NCBI RefSeq assembly: GCF_036321535.1
Contig: NC_087436.1
Span: forward strand, 76,014,001-76,078,000
Length of the DNA: 64,000 bases
Source of the DNA: Camelus dromedarius
Lineage: Eukaryota
Reading direction: 5' to 3'
Each line of letters opens with the position of its first letter. The stretch's first letter is position 1. Under the pieces are notes generated by a model. That model did not search any database. It had not been told where the DNA came from and saw nothing but the letters and a program-made list of their open reading frames with translations. Positions 12,471-24,036 of this stretch are shown in pieces. Both the position numbers and the translations under genes were made by a program.

Positions 12471-12720
12471 CACTCCTCCAATCATGAGATTTGGACCCTA
12501 ACATTAGAATGCAGAGGACCACGACCAGGTGGGTATGAAACTATTTAAGGCAATTCACTAATCTGCTCTATTCTTGTGTAACTCCACATCCACAGCAGGG
12601 CCCAGCTCTGATTTCTTATGAGTAACTTATGCAAAGGAGGCAATGGGGAGGAAAATAGTACTTAGGATTCAAACTGTGAAGCACTGTGGGCCATTTATTG
12701 AAGTCAAGTAGGGATGGACA

Positions 12721-12747
12721 GTGACGTCACCTTGTGACTATGAGTCA
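12721..12747. promoter_or_regulatory. Candidate intron-1 CRE + AP-1 element
   Basis: GTGACGTCAC at 12721-12730 and TGAGTCA at 12741-12747. Motif match only. Confidence 0.4.
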
Positions 12748-13139
12748 GAGAAACACTTTCAAGGCAGGGAGGGCAAAGGTACTGGGGAAAGATCATGCTG
12801 AAAACAAGATCAAGAATCAGACATGTGGTTGCTGCTTGAGCAATTCAATAGCCCACATTCCAGCAGTGGGATCTGTCACCACAGTCACCTGGAGCTAACC
12901 AACACCTGTATCTTAATTCTCTTAAAGTGGGGTCCTATAATTAAGTACATACAGTGATTTTTAACAGAAAGCTAGTCTAGGAACTATAAATTTTTTCAGT
13001 TTTGTTTTTTTAATCCCCAGCTTTCAAGGGACTCAGTTTTAAGAGTTTAGATGAAGAAATTCCTTTCTTAAAGACGCTTCTATAGTGCTCTAGTGGAGGG
13101 TTGGTGCCCGTTATAGGCTCTCTTTGCTATGGTGCTTTT

Positions 13140-13325
13140 CCTTCACAGCGTTTTTCACAATGGTTATTATGTAATAGTGTCATTAGCTCTTTAATGTGTG
13201 TCATCCGGGCTAGATCTTAGTAGCTTCATGAGAACAAGGGCCATGTCTGCTGTTCTTTGCAGGACTTCGTAGGGCTCCTGGCACCTAACAGGGGTTCCAC
13301 AGTATCCGCTGAATGAATGAATCAG
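13140..13325 (+). mobile_element. L2 3' end
   Basis: ctagat...agcttcatgagaacaagggccatgtctg...cctggcacctaacagggg...tgaatgaatgaa. Confidence 0.65.
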
Positions 13326-13813
13326 TCAGCAGTTTCTATATATATGGCCATGTGAACTTGTTTCCTATTATACAGGCATTTACCTGGGCCCAAACATATG
13401 AACTTCCATAGGGCCGCCTTAAAAATAAACAAAGCTTAGGTATACACAGGGGCAAGCATAGCTCAGCCACTGTCAGAGCGGTCTACTCCAACATGTATCC
13501 CAATAAGCACCAAATGGAATAAAGGATATAAAAATCCCTCTGTAAACAGCAAAGCGCCATGGGAGAGTTGGTGATTATGATCGTGGTTATCATCGTTATT
13601 CCACGGATCAAGTACCCCGGCGGGGGGAAGGAAAGGTAACAAGGGAGGAGAGGTGGCAGAAAAGGATGAAAAGGATGGGGCAGCTAGGAAATGATGTGCC
13701 CGGAGAAAAGCGGGGAAAGCAGCAGGCAGACTAGACAAAAAGGGAGTAGATGAGGAGGAGGGGCCGCCGACGCGCCCCTCAAGGCGCGCCCAGCGGAGGC
13801 GGCCAGACTGTAC

Positions 13814-13998
13814 CTTTTGATACACAGCCTGGAAGGCAGGTAGGCCCGGTAGCCATCGGTGATGTACGGGTTGTCCTTGAGGGACACGGGAATCTGCTCG
13901 TAGGTGTAGAGCCGGATGCCGCGAGGCACCAGGACGGGCCAGTACTGGTAGCTGCCCAGCTCGATGTAATGCGCGCTCTTCAGCAGCTTCTGATGCAT
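13814..13998 (-). CDS. PAQR3: PAQR3 coding exon 1 (185 nt; MHQKLLKSAHYIELGSYQYWPVLVPRGIRLYTYEQIPVSLKDNPYITDGYRAYLPSRLCIK+AG)
   Basis: ATG at 13998-13996 with A at -3 (AGGATGC). Donor AAAG|GTACAG at 13814/13813. Translation matches the PAQR3 N-terminus; lies in a CpG island. Confidence 0.97.
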
Positions 13999-14207
13999 CC
14001 TTCTCGGCCGCCGCCGCTCCCCGGCCGGGGAGCTCGCCTAGGCCCCGCCTCCCCGGGGTGGGGGCTTCGCCGCCGCAGCCCCCGCCCCGGAGCCCGGGGT
14101 CGCCGCGCGAGGTCCTACGATCCCGCAGCTGCCCAGGCCCCGCTCTGCGCACTGAGCGGCCACCGCCGTCAGCGCCCCGGCAGACCCGGCGGCGTCGCGG
14201 CCCTCTC

Positions 14208-14215
14208 TGACGTCA
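14208..14215. promoter_or_regulatory. Full palindromic CRE (TGACGTCA) in the PAQR3 promoter
   Basis: CTGACGTCAG at 14207-14216, next to GC boxes in the CpG island. Motif match only; binding not shown. Confidence 0.7.
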
Positions 14216-14639
14216 GCACGCTGTGGCGGGCCCCGCCCCCCTCGGCCCGCCCTGGCCGAGGGAGGCGGGGCCGGGGGCGGGGCCTCGAGGATGCGCGTGT
14301 GCTCCAGGACTGGCGGGTTTGGGACGCGACGAGGCTACCCCGCTGTTTGAGAGCCGCGCGTCTGCGGTGGCCCGCGTCTCCTCGTCTGTGAGAAGAGCGT
14401 AGAACTGAACGGGCAAATACAAGTGGCTTTTTCTTCCTCTGTTTTTAATTAGAAGCAATATGTATTACATTTTGAAGAATTAAGGGGAAAAGAGTAACTG
14501 GAAGACAAGTAAGAACTACAGTTAACTCTTCACCGGTTACCTAATGCTCAGTATTCCCAAAACTTGGTGTCGGAAGGGACCTTCGAGATTTTCTCAGCTA
14601 AGGTCAGTCCTTTGAAATAGTTGGAAATAGAGGAAACCT

Positions 14640-14945
14640 GATGTACATGGAATATTTACCAAAATCGAGCATACGCTGAGCTACAAAGAAACCCCAACAT
14701 TCAAAGCACTGAAACTATTCAAAGTGTTTTCTCTGACCACAATAGACTTAAACTAGAAGTAAAGAAGAAAACAAAAACTCCCCAAATGCCTGGAATTGAA
14801 ACAAAACACTACTAAGTATTTAGTGGGTTGATGAAGAAATCACAATGGAAATGAGAAGATCTACTGAACTGAAAAGATGGAATATATCAAACAAAAGTTG
14901 AGGTGAAGCTAATGCAGTGCTTTAGAGGAAATGCTGCAGCTTTGT
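14640..14945 (+). mobile_element. Old L1 ORF2 fragment
   Basis: caaagtgttttctctgaccacaatagacttaaactagaa...gaagaaatcacaatggaaat...aatgcagtgctttagaggaaa (SDHN-region homology, decayed). Confidence 0.7.
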
Positions 14946-15124
14946 TTCTGGCTATGAATTATGATGCAAATGTTTATTCATAATGGCAGCGGGGCAAAAT
15001 ACCAGTTTTGCATCTCTATGTGTAGAACTCTTAGTCCTTCCTTTGGCTGGTTGCATGATAAAAATCATTGAAGGTACCCATTATTTACTTATTGTTATTG
15101 TATTAGTAATACTGGTTGATATTT

Positions 15125-15330
15125 GAGAGACAGTATGGTTTAGTGATTAACTTCTGGGCTTTGAAGCCCAGCTACCTGGTTTTGAATTCACTATGTATGA
15201 GTCCTTGTACAAGAACTTAACCTCTCTGTCTCAGTTTTCTTACTGGTAAATAGGGTTAATAACAGTACTTTGTGTTGTGGTGATTAAATCAGTGAATTAT
15301 GTAACACTCTTAGAAAAATGCGAGTCATGC
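15125..15330 (+). mobile_element. MIR SINE
   Basis: gacagtatggtttagtgattaa...acttaacctctctgtctcagttttcttactggtaaatagggttaataacagtac. Confidence 0.78.
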
Positions 15331-16879
15331 TGTTAGTACCCCTCTATTATTAGAGTTCAAGGGAAGATATTAATAAATAGAACTGGAAAGATGAATTGAG
15401 ATATATCCTAAATGAACTTAGATGTCATGTAAAGGAAATGAGTCTTTTTTTTTTTAAGTCATGACACTAAAACTAATATTTGAGAACTTACTGTGTGCCC
15501 AGTACATTAGCTCTGCTGAAGATTGCTGTGTATAGGAATTCTTATTTCCTAGTGGAGGAAGATCATGCCTGAGAATGCTTGCCACACCCATAGACCTCTT
15601 CTGGGAGGCTCTTTCTGCATGTATTCATGCTGGTGCCACTTGAGGCTACCTTGTGGCCACCGCTGACCCAAAGGTGGATAAGTGGCCCATGAGATGTCCT
15701 GTCACAAATGTCTTGCAAGAGCAATGGTAATTAGCTTGACCAGTCAGTTTCTTTCTTGGGAATTTGGCCTGAAGATGTGGGGAGAGAGCTTTTAATCTGG
15801 TATTTGAAACAGAAGTAGAAAAATGCCCAGAGATCATCAGAGACAGAGAACTGAGAATGGCAGCTGCTCTGATTTTCATGGAACCTGTTGCAAAATGACT
15901 TCTGAACTGACTTCAATAACTTATAACCCATGTCAGTTCTCCCTAATTCATTTATGTGGTTTAATTTTTAAATTAAGCACTCTAAAACTGAGCACTTAAC
16001 CACCCCCTGCCCCTGCCACTTGTGAAATAAATGGACAAATATGAAAAAATAGATATAGCAGCAACCCATTTCTAAATCCTAGAGAGAAAAAGACGTCTAT
16101 GAGTAAAAAGAATGGAAAGAACTCTTCCACTCAGGTCTGTAAGGCAGTGGAAACAGGAGGAACACTGCTTTGGGGCACCTCTGACAGAGGACACCCAAAG
16201 GGGAGAGGGCACAATTCCCCACAGAGAGCCATGGACTTTTGGCACTTTGAGGGTTGTTTAGTCCTGATGCTTGACACAAGACTTCAGGGGCATGCCTGGT
16301 AGGGGAATAACACGGTGAGGGATCCACAGCTGCATCTAGCAGAAACCTCAGTGCCCTTTAAGTGACAGGCTGGGAAACTGAACCGCCCAGTAAGAGCTCG
16401 TGAGAGAATCTCATCATAAGCACCAGTGAGACACATCTTGGGTTTAATACACTTGTGGTGAGGGGTAGGACATTCTCAAGCTGTTGGAAGTCCTACATTT
16501 TTTACGTGGGCCCAAGAGCCAGGAAATGAATTTTTACTGTTGCTGTGAGTCAGTCTGTATCCCACAGACACTGGAGGTTTGAGGTCACTCAGATTGTGCC
16601 TTATTTTGTAGGAGGACCTTAAGTGATCTGGGATGGAGTGACATGGGATGGCTCCATGGAGCATTTGGGGTGAGTGAGATATTTTTACCCTTCCCTTCCC
16701 TCCCCTCCTTCATTCTTGTATATTATTTTTCATTTTTTAAAAATAACTCTAACACAGTGTTGGAATGAGACTTGCAGGTATTGGAATGGACAAAGCATGG
16801 GAATTTACATTGATTTAGATCCAACTGTGTGCCACACATTTGTCCCAGAAAACAAAGATGAATAAGGCATCTTTTAGAT

Positions 16880-18170
16880 AATCATCTTTGCAAATCTACA
16901 CAGCAAATTAACATTTTAACCACTTCCCCCATTAAACGCTCCTTTCTAGACTTTTGGGACAATATTCACGTGGATTTTTCCCTTATTTTTCTGGCCTGTC
17001 CATTCCAGGGGCTTTTGATAGTTGCTGTTTCTCTACCTGACAATTAAACCAGAGTGTGTTTCAGGATTGTTCAGTTTTTTAAAAAATAGATTCTACTTTT
17101 ACTCTGTATATTTTTGTGGCTTTAGGTACTATCTTTAAGCTGATGACTCACCATCTGTAGCTTCAAGCCAGATCTCCTATCAGTGCATCTGTATTCACAT
17201 ATAGAACTGGATGTAGAAACCTGAAATATTAAAAATGAACTCATCATCTTTCCTTTTAAATCTGTGTTTATCCCTAAATCCCTATTCACTCAGTCTCTTA
17301 AGCCTTGGAGTTGTCTCGACCCTTGGCCCCATTTTATCAGTACCCTCCTTCTTTCCTTCCCCATTACCACAACCAGTTCCTTGCCAGTGATTTCAGCTCT
17401 CCTGCCTAATTAGTCTAATCTGAACAAACAATGAACAACAAACAGTACGTCAGTTTAACTGTATGCTCTTTACTTCTGCACCCAAGTTGCTGAAGAAGAT
17501 GACAAAATGGCATGACCTGGTATCTACACAAATTCAGTTTACAATCTCTATGGAACTTTCAACACCGCTTTGGATATTTTAACATTTGCTGGGTACCTTA
17601 GACCCCGACCCACTACTTACACTAGCAGGTCTCCCCTTCCTCTTTCACAGAGAACACAGAGGTCAGCATGTGGGAACTTCAACTTTCTGCTGCTGGCCCT
17701 CCACCTGTAAACTCACACCAAAATAAAGCCCACCTTTTGTTTCCTTTCCTTTGTCCTGGTACAAATGACCTCTCAAGCCTCCGACTTAAGATCAACCTGC
17801 TAGATGTTTTCTTGATCTTATTTCCTTTCTTCTCCTTGCGGATCCAGCTCTGTCAATGGTCTTTCTCTCAGATGTATCTCCAGCATTCCCCTCTCTGTTT
17901 CTTCTTTCCCTGTGGCACATAAACATGTTCGCATCTCACTCATTTGAAAGCAAACAAGCAAAGAGAAAAGGGAAAACCTTTCTTTCTGCTCTGTGTCATC
18001 CTAACCCTCTATCTCTTTCCTCCCCTTCCTGCCACACTGCTAGACACAGTAGTGGACATTTGTTGTCTCCCTTTCTGGCTTCCCTTTTGTTCCTTATCTC
18101 ATGGCAATCGAACTTCTGTTCCACAGCTCTATTGAAACTTTTTTTGGTCAATAATGTTAGCTCAATAGAC
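16880..18170 (+). mobile_element. Ancient L2 fragments
   Basis: Pyrimidine-rich L2-like text (gctgatgactc...aaatgaactcatcatctttcc; aacttctgttccacagctctattgaaact). Several decayed pieces. Confidence 0.5.
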
Positions 18171-18289
18171 ACTTAAACGAAATCTTCTTCATTGTATAAT
18201 AAAAATAGAGGTCCAAACAAATAAACTGCAACAAAATGGGACTTTGCCAGCTACTCCACTATCCTGTTCAGTTTCCCCATACTAATCAC

Positions 18290-19190
18290 GGTCCCCACCC
18301 TCTCTCCAGAAGTAACCTTGAGTCTCCTGATGGTTTTGTTATCCACGTGTGTACCCTGTGACATGCTAATTTTAGTCTGCCCATTTTTAAAAAACTTGAT
18401 ATATCTTTTAAGTCCTTTTTAAAATGTATAGTTTCTCTTCTATTCCTTTCTTGCTTACAATTTATCTGTGAAAGAACTCATAGTATTTCTCACAGTCTGG
18501 ATTCAGCTGTTCATGGAATCATGATAATCAATATGTCACTCTGTCCTCTGTCTTCTGCAAATTGGTAGCAAGGTCCAGAGGCTTGATCAGACCTCTGTTT
18601 GATCCCTTTGGCAAGAGGATAAGTAGTAGGGTGTTCTTTCATATAGAGGCAATTATGTCTTTTTTTTTCTTTCTTGATGTTACCATCCATTGATGTTTGA
18701 TACCTAGCTCCATTAATTCATGGCGGTTGCAAAATAGTGATAATAAAATCTATCATTTTGTTTCCCTATGTTAACTGGAGTAATTTTCATAGGTTGATAC
18801 TCCTCATCTACTAGTTGGTTACCCAGTGGTACAGTTCATATGGCAAGAGCAAGATAAATGTTGTATTCTTTTATTTTATTTGCCTAGGTTTCAAGATAGC
18901 AAGTTTCTTCCCTGTTATCTTCATGAGGTAACCGATTCAACTTAAAAAATTACTTTGAACTCATGAATTTGAAGATATTTGATCATTTTCAATTCATTGC
19001 AGTTATTTTTTCATTGATATTCAAATTATTTCATCTTTGGTCAGTGGGAGCCTCTTCAAGCTGGCTTCTGAGTTCTTAAGATCGTAGTAGTGTTGGATAG
19101 CTTCTTTCTCTCTGGTGTGTCCAGGTGTTCCTGGCTCATCATGCACAATTATTGCTCCAGATTTATAATCAATCATTTCCCAAAAAAGCC
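18290..19190 (-). mobile_element. Old L1 (L1MC-like) 3' region
   Basis: ctttggtcagtgggagcctcttcaagctggcttctgag...tgttcctggctcatc...aatcaatcatttccc, typical of L1MC 3' ends in reverse. Confidence 0.65.
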
Positions 19191-19192
19191 CT

Positions 19193-20070
19193 TGTAGTGG
19201 GAAGAGTTGTAGCCTTCAAAAGATATGCCCAAGTCCTAACCTCCAGGATCCCTTGCCAACTAAAGATGTTGCTCACCATCTGGCTCTATGAGGACTGAGT
19301 CATTAGCCACTGCAGTGGCTGACCTTCAACACAGCTGAAAGGAGTTCAGGTGGAGGTCAGGATTGAGCCACTCTGCTCTGGTAAAGCTGGCAGAATAGGC
19401 CTTCAGATAGTTAGGTATTTCCAGGTAAAAATTTTATGAACCTGATTTCTTGTATCTTCTCATATTTAGAAAAGTACTAAAATCATTAACTTAGATAACT
19501 GTGTCTCATAGAAGTAACCTTCTACAGAAATGTGTGTTTGATTGCATGTACCCCTTCTTCAAGTATATACTGACCTCCCTGCTTACCTCTTCAGAGTAGT
19601 TCCAGAGAGCTATCTGAGAGGTTGTCTCCTGGACAGTAGTCCCTAGTAAGTCCTCAAATAAAACCAAAACTCTTAGCTCTGAAATTGTGCTTTTTATTTC
19701 AGTTGACACCCTGAATGTGACTTTTATTTGGATAGGGTCTTTGCATATGTAATTAAGATCTCCAGATCATCCTGGATTTAGGGTGGGGCCTAAATCTAAT
19801 GACTGGTGTCCTCTTAAGAGATAGGAGAGGAAGACTTAGAGTTAATGCTGTAATGAGTTGAGACTTTTGTGAATGTTGGCCTGGGGCGAATGCATTTTGC
19901 AAGTTGATAACACTGTAGTAGGTTGAATGGTGTTCTCTCCCCTGCAGAAAATGATATGTCCTCCTGGAACCTGTGAATATGACCTTATTTGGAAAAATGG
20001 TCTTTGCTGTGCAACTAAGATTTTAAGATGAGATCAGCCTGGATTGAGTTGGATCCAAAATCTGTGATCA
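19193..20070 (+). mobile_element. MaLR (MLT1-type) remnant: partial LTR + short internal 3' piece + second partial LTR, interrupted by an ERV1 solo LTR
   Basis: tgtagtggg...aaagatatgcccaagtcctaac|gaatgtgac...tttggatagggtctttgcatatgtaattaag; internal-like gttaatgctgtaatgagttgagacttt; second LTR start tgtagtaggttgaatgg...ggaacctgtgaatatgaccttatttgg. Confidence 0.75.
19254..19708 (+). mobile_element. ERV1-class solo LTR (455 bp)
   Basis: TG...CA ends with inverted termini TGCCAACT / AGTTGACA; 4-bp TSD CCCT (19250-19253, 19709-19712); AATAAA near the 3' end. Confidence 0.88.
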
Positions 20071-20164
20071 CCACCATCACCATTTTTCCAGAGTCTCTGT
20101 CAGTAGGTTCTTTTTAGTTCTTATCTTACTGACTCATCTGCAGCCCTTAATTGCTGACCACTTT

Positions 20165-20824
20165 TGTTCCTGAACTCAGGTCCTGCTGCTCATCGCTTAA
20201 AAGCCAATATTCCAGAGGCAAGTGTTGGTAGAAAGGAAAGTTTGCCTTATTCCGGAGGCCAGCAAGTATCTGGAAGTCAACTGTCCACTGCTGATCAGTG
20301 GGCAAGAGCTTATAAAGGGAAGTTTCAGGGGTGTATAGGTGGAGGGAGGGGACTAAATGTAGAACAGCACAGTCAGCTCTGACAGTCATCCTGAAATTAG
20401 TCATGCGATGGTCTGGTCAGCATCATCTTGATTGTTTTAAGTACAGATAATCTTCAGTTCCAGGGTCGGTTTGTTCCCATTTCTATGAGGCCAGTTCTCT
20501 GAATTGTGGCAGCTTATGTCGTGGCTAAGGTCTGGTCATCGTGTAGTTAACTTCTTCCACCTGGTGGGGGTTTCAGTACCTACAGGACACAGCTCAAAGG
20601 ATATGGCTCAGAGTATTATCTATAGCCCTTGAGGAGGAACTAAATGTCCTTGACTTTGTTTAATGACTAAACTATTTGGTCTAGTTTTACTGCTTTCCTT
20701 TGCTTTTGCATTTTTTTCACTTCTTAAACTTATTCTTTGACTAAAGTTTTTCTACAGACGCAGGCAGAGGACACGGGGTGTGGGTCTGTCCTGGGAAGGC
20801 CCCCTAGGGTCCTGCTCCATTTCA
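20165..20824 (-). mobile_element. ERV1-class solo LTR (660 bp)
   Basis: TG...CA ends; 4-bp TSD CTTT (20161-20164, 20825-20828). The minus strand starts TGAAATGGAGCAGGACCCTAGGGGGCCTTCCCAGGACAGACCC. Splits an L2 fragment. Confidence 0.85.
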
Positions 20825-20828
20825 CTTT

Positions 20829-22110
20829 CCCTGTCTTTCCTTCCTCGGTTTCAGTAACCATGTTTTCCTGGTTTTCTTATTTTTCTTAACATACTATTTT
20901 AGTCTCTTTTGTGGTCACTTCTTCTATCTGTTGCATAAATATCCATGTTTTTAGGGGTTATACCCTTGATCCTCTTTTTCTTGTCCCTTTACATACTGTG
21001 ATTAGACTGTAACCGTCTTGATTCCTACAATTTAATTTCTGCATTTACTACTACTGGTTCCCAAATTTCCATCTGATACACCCAAATATCCAGTTTCTCA
21101 TTACATAGTTCCACCTGAATGTCTGTCATGACCTTCCAACTCAGGAACACATCAAGCGAAATTCAAAATTTTTCTCTTCAATCCTTGTTTCACCCATTTT
21201 TATGGATAGCACCACCACCCATATAGAAATTCAGGTCATTTAAGTTAAGAGGTGGAAAATAAATAAACTCATTTGCTAACCCTGATGGCTAAATAGTGGC
21301 TCCTGGGAGAGTTGATTTGAGCTGTAAAGTGTATAATTATTAATTAGGGATGTCTGCTCTGGGATGGAGAGCAGCATCTTAGTCCTACTCATTTGCAGTT
21401 ATGGCCTGGATTCTTCCCTCATTTTCCCATCTCACATTCTAACAGTCACCATATACCGTTGGATTCGACTCTGTCTCTGTTAAATCTCCCAAATCCACCC
21501 TTTTTTCCATTCCTGTTTTTATGGCTGTCATTTAAATCCTTATCATATCTCACTAGCTACCTTTGTTCCCCACCTTCAACTCACAATTCAATCTCCATTT
21601 CCATGCCCTTTAGAACCTAAGTCTTATTTACTACTATAAACAGAGAGACAGGCAAACCTCTAATGCCTAGCTATACGCTACAGGATGTCCTTCAAGCCCT
21701 TTAAAATAACCTACCTCGAGACCTAGACCTGCCTTAGGATTGAGATGAGCCTTTTCTCTCCCAGCCCCCTTACCTACCAGACACATGACATACCAAACTA
21801 CTTACAGATTCCTGAAGTCACCACATTATTTCCAACCTCCTTACCTTTACACATGCTGCTCCCTCTGGCTGGAATGCCCTTTACCAATTTCTCCCCTTTC
21901 TTTGCCAGAATAACTCCTACTAATTTTTCACTGCTCTGGTGCAGTATCACCTTTTCTGGGAAACTTCACATACCCTTATTCTAGATACAGAGTCAGTTCT
22001 TTTCCTCTGTGTCTCCTTGGCATCTATGTAAACTGCAGAATTGAACTGACCACACTGCAGTGGAATTATCTTCCTTTTTTGTAGATATTTACTGTCCTTT
22101 GAGGAATCTT
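20829..22110 (+). mobile_element. Ancient L2 fragments
   Basis: tttcctggttttc...cccaaatttccatct...ttccacctgaatgtctg...tttacacatgctgctccctctggctggaatgccctt. Confidence 0.6.
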
Positions 22111-22144
22111 TATTCTGTTTGTAGTTCCTTTTTCTTTTATAATA

Positions 22145-22790
22145 AACTTTTTTTTCCCCCAGAGGTCATTGTAGACTCACATGAAATTATAAGAAATAAT
22201 AGAGTTGTACCCTTACCCAGGTTCCCCCTGTGGTAACACGGTAGTACAACAGCACAGTCATGATACTGACACTGACACCAGCGGGTACAGAATGTTCTCA
22301 TCACCACAAGGATCTCTCCTGTGGTCTCTTTTAGTCACACCTGCTACATTCTCACTCTCACTCCTGCCTTAACCTCTGGCAACCACTAATCTGTTCTCCA
22401 TTTCTATAATTTTGTCATTTCAAGAATGTTATCTGAATGGAATCATATAGTATGTAACCTTTTGGAGTTGGCTTTCTTCCCTCAGGATAATTCCCTGGCA
22501 ATTCAGTCAGGTTGTTTCATGTATCAATAATTTTTTCCTTTTGGTTACAAATAGTTTTCCATAGTATGGAGGTACCACAATTTGTTTAACCAGCCACCTG
22601 TTGAAGGACATCTGGGTTATTTCTAGTTTGGGGCTATTACAAATGTAGCTGCAGTGAATGCTAGAGTACAGATTTTTGTGCAAACATAAATTTTTCATTT
22701 ATTGGGGATAAATGCCCCCAAATGCAATTATTGGGTCATGGTTATGGCAATTGCATGCTTAGTTTTATACAGAACACCAAACTGTTTTAC
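22145..22790 (-). mobile_element. Old L1 (L1MC/MD-like) 3' end
   Basis: cctctggcaaccactaatctgttctccatttctataattttgtcatttcaagaatgttat...ggaatcatatagtatgtaacc...gttgaaggacatctgggtt. Confidence 0.85.
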
Positions 22791-23309
22791 AATAAATTTT
22801 TACTAAATAAAGGAATGAGAAAATAATGTTACATCAAAATCTTTAGAGTTAATATTGGGATCAAATAAATCTGTTTTTACTAATTGCACAATTATATTAG
22901 CCATAAGAATGATGTTCTAAATACACTGTAACATACTGCACAGCAGAAATCAATAAAGCTTAAATGTGATAAGCTTCTTCGTTACTCTAGGAGTCAGGGT
23001 TTTTATCCTAAACTGTTTATAGCAATAGCAAGGTTAGATTTCTCACAAATGTTGTACAGACACTGCACTATAATGTTTAATCTCTAAATGGCTGCACTTT
23101 AAAAATTACATGTAAAAGCCCCCACAAATGATCAGCATAGTTTCATCACTAATGTACCATTAATGTGTAACAAGTCCCTTCAAATTTTCTTTCTATTTTG
23201 GTGTTTCACTGGACACCATAAAGCTGGTACAACTTAGTAACATTCTATGTCATACTGAGTCTTTTTGTTTGAAATTCATACCCAGCACTTATCATACGTT
23301 TTTTTCAGG

Positions 23310-23530
23310 TATTATGGAAGGAACATGTGCTCTAGACCCAGATGGACATGGGGCTGAATCTTTACCACATCATTTACTTGCAAGTTACACAGTCTCTCCT
23401 GGCTTTTATTTTTTCATCTGTTAGGTGAGGATCATTCTAAACAAACTACATGACATTACAGGGCTGTCAAGAGAATCAGATAAGATAACACATACAAACT
23501 GTCTGCTGTAGAAAAGGCATCAATCAGTAA
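23310..23530 (+). mobile_element. MIR SINE (decayed)
   Basis: gctctagacccagatggacatggggctgaatc...catttacttgcaagttac...ttcatctgttaggtgaggat. Confidence 0.55.
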
Positions 23531-24036
23531 TGTTCATTTCCTTTCTCCTAGGGCATTTTTATTTTCCTGAGGAATAAATTCCCAAGGCTTATTTATACAT
23601 TTTGTTCATGTTTTTGAGGAGACTTGAAAGAGTAAGTAAACAAACCAGTCATATCCAAGGAAATATTCAAGGGTGGTTGGTACAATCTGCCAATGGGCTG
23701 TCTTAAGATTGGGGGTAGATACTAATATAAAGAAAAATGATTTATACCCCAATGAAAAAGTTGACATCTTGGGACACAAGTCCTTATCTTCTTATTTCTT
23801 GACTTCTTTTTTCTTGGTAATGAATGTACATTCAGTACAATTCAGTTCAACTAAGTGAAGATGTGTTTCTTAATTTAGATTAATGTATTTTCTTTTAATA
23901 ATTAAATGCTATTCGATACAAAATCACCACTGATAGAGCCCAGAATTTTAAATAAACACCAGCTTGAAGAATGGCCAAGAGCACAGATGAAGAAGTACTT
24001 CAAGAAAAAAAAACAAAAACCAAAAAACCAAACACC

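Larger units (their letters stand above)
1..14200 (-). other. PAQR3: PAQR3 gene, 5' part (5' UTR, coding exons 1-4, introns 1-3, part of intron 4); 3' exons lie outside the window
   Basis: Four exons splice in frame through GT-AG junctions into the recognisable PAQR3 sequence, with PAQR motifs NETVNIWSH and SVGYH...LDYAGI. The TSS position is approximate. Confidence 0.95.
13760..14400. promoter_or_regulatory. CpG island / PAQR3 promoter and GC-rich 5' UTR
   Basis: Very GC- and CpG-rich stretch spanning exon 1 and upstream, in a CpG-depleted background. Multiple GC boxes (e.g. 14231-14240, 14264-14283); no obvious TATA box. Confidence 0.92.

Noticed and set aside
13463..14152. 229-aa minus-strand ORF overlapping PAQR3 exon 1
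   Set aside because: Starts at GTG, lies in a different frame from PAQR3, runs through the donor into intron 1, and has Arg/Gly/Ala/Pro composition typical of stop-poor CpG islands.
13750..14391. 213-aa plus-strand ORF antisense to exon 1
   Set aside because: GC-rich shadow ORF with no recognisable domain.
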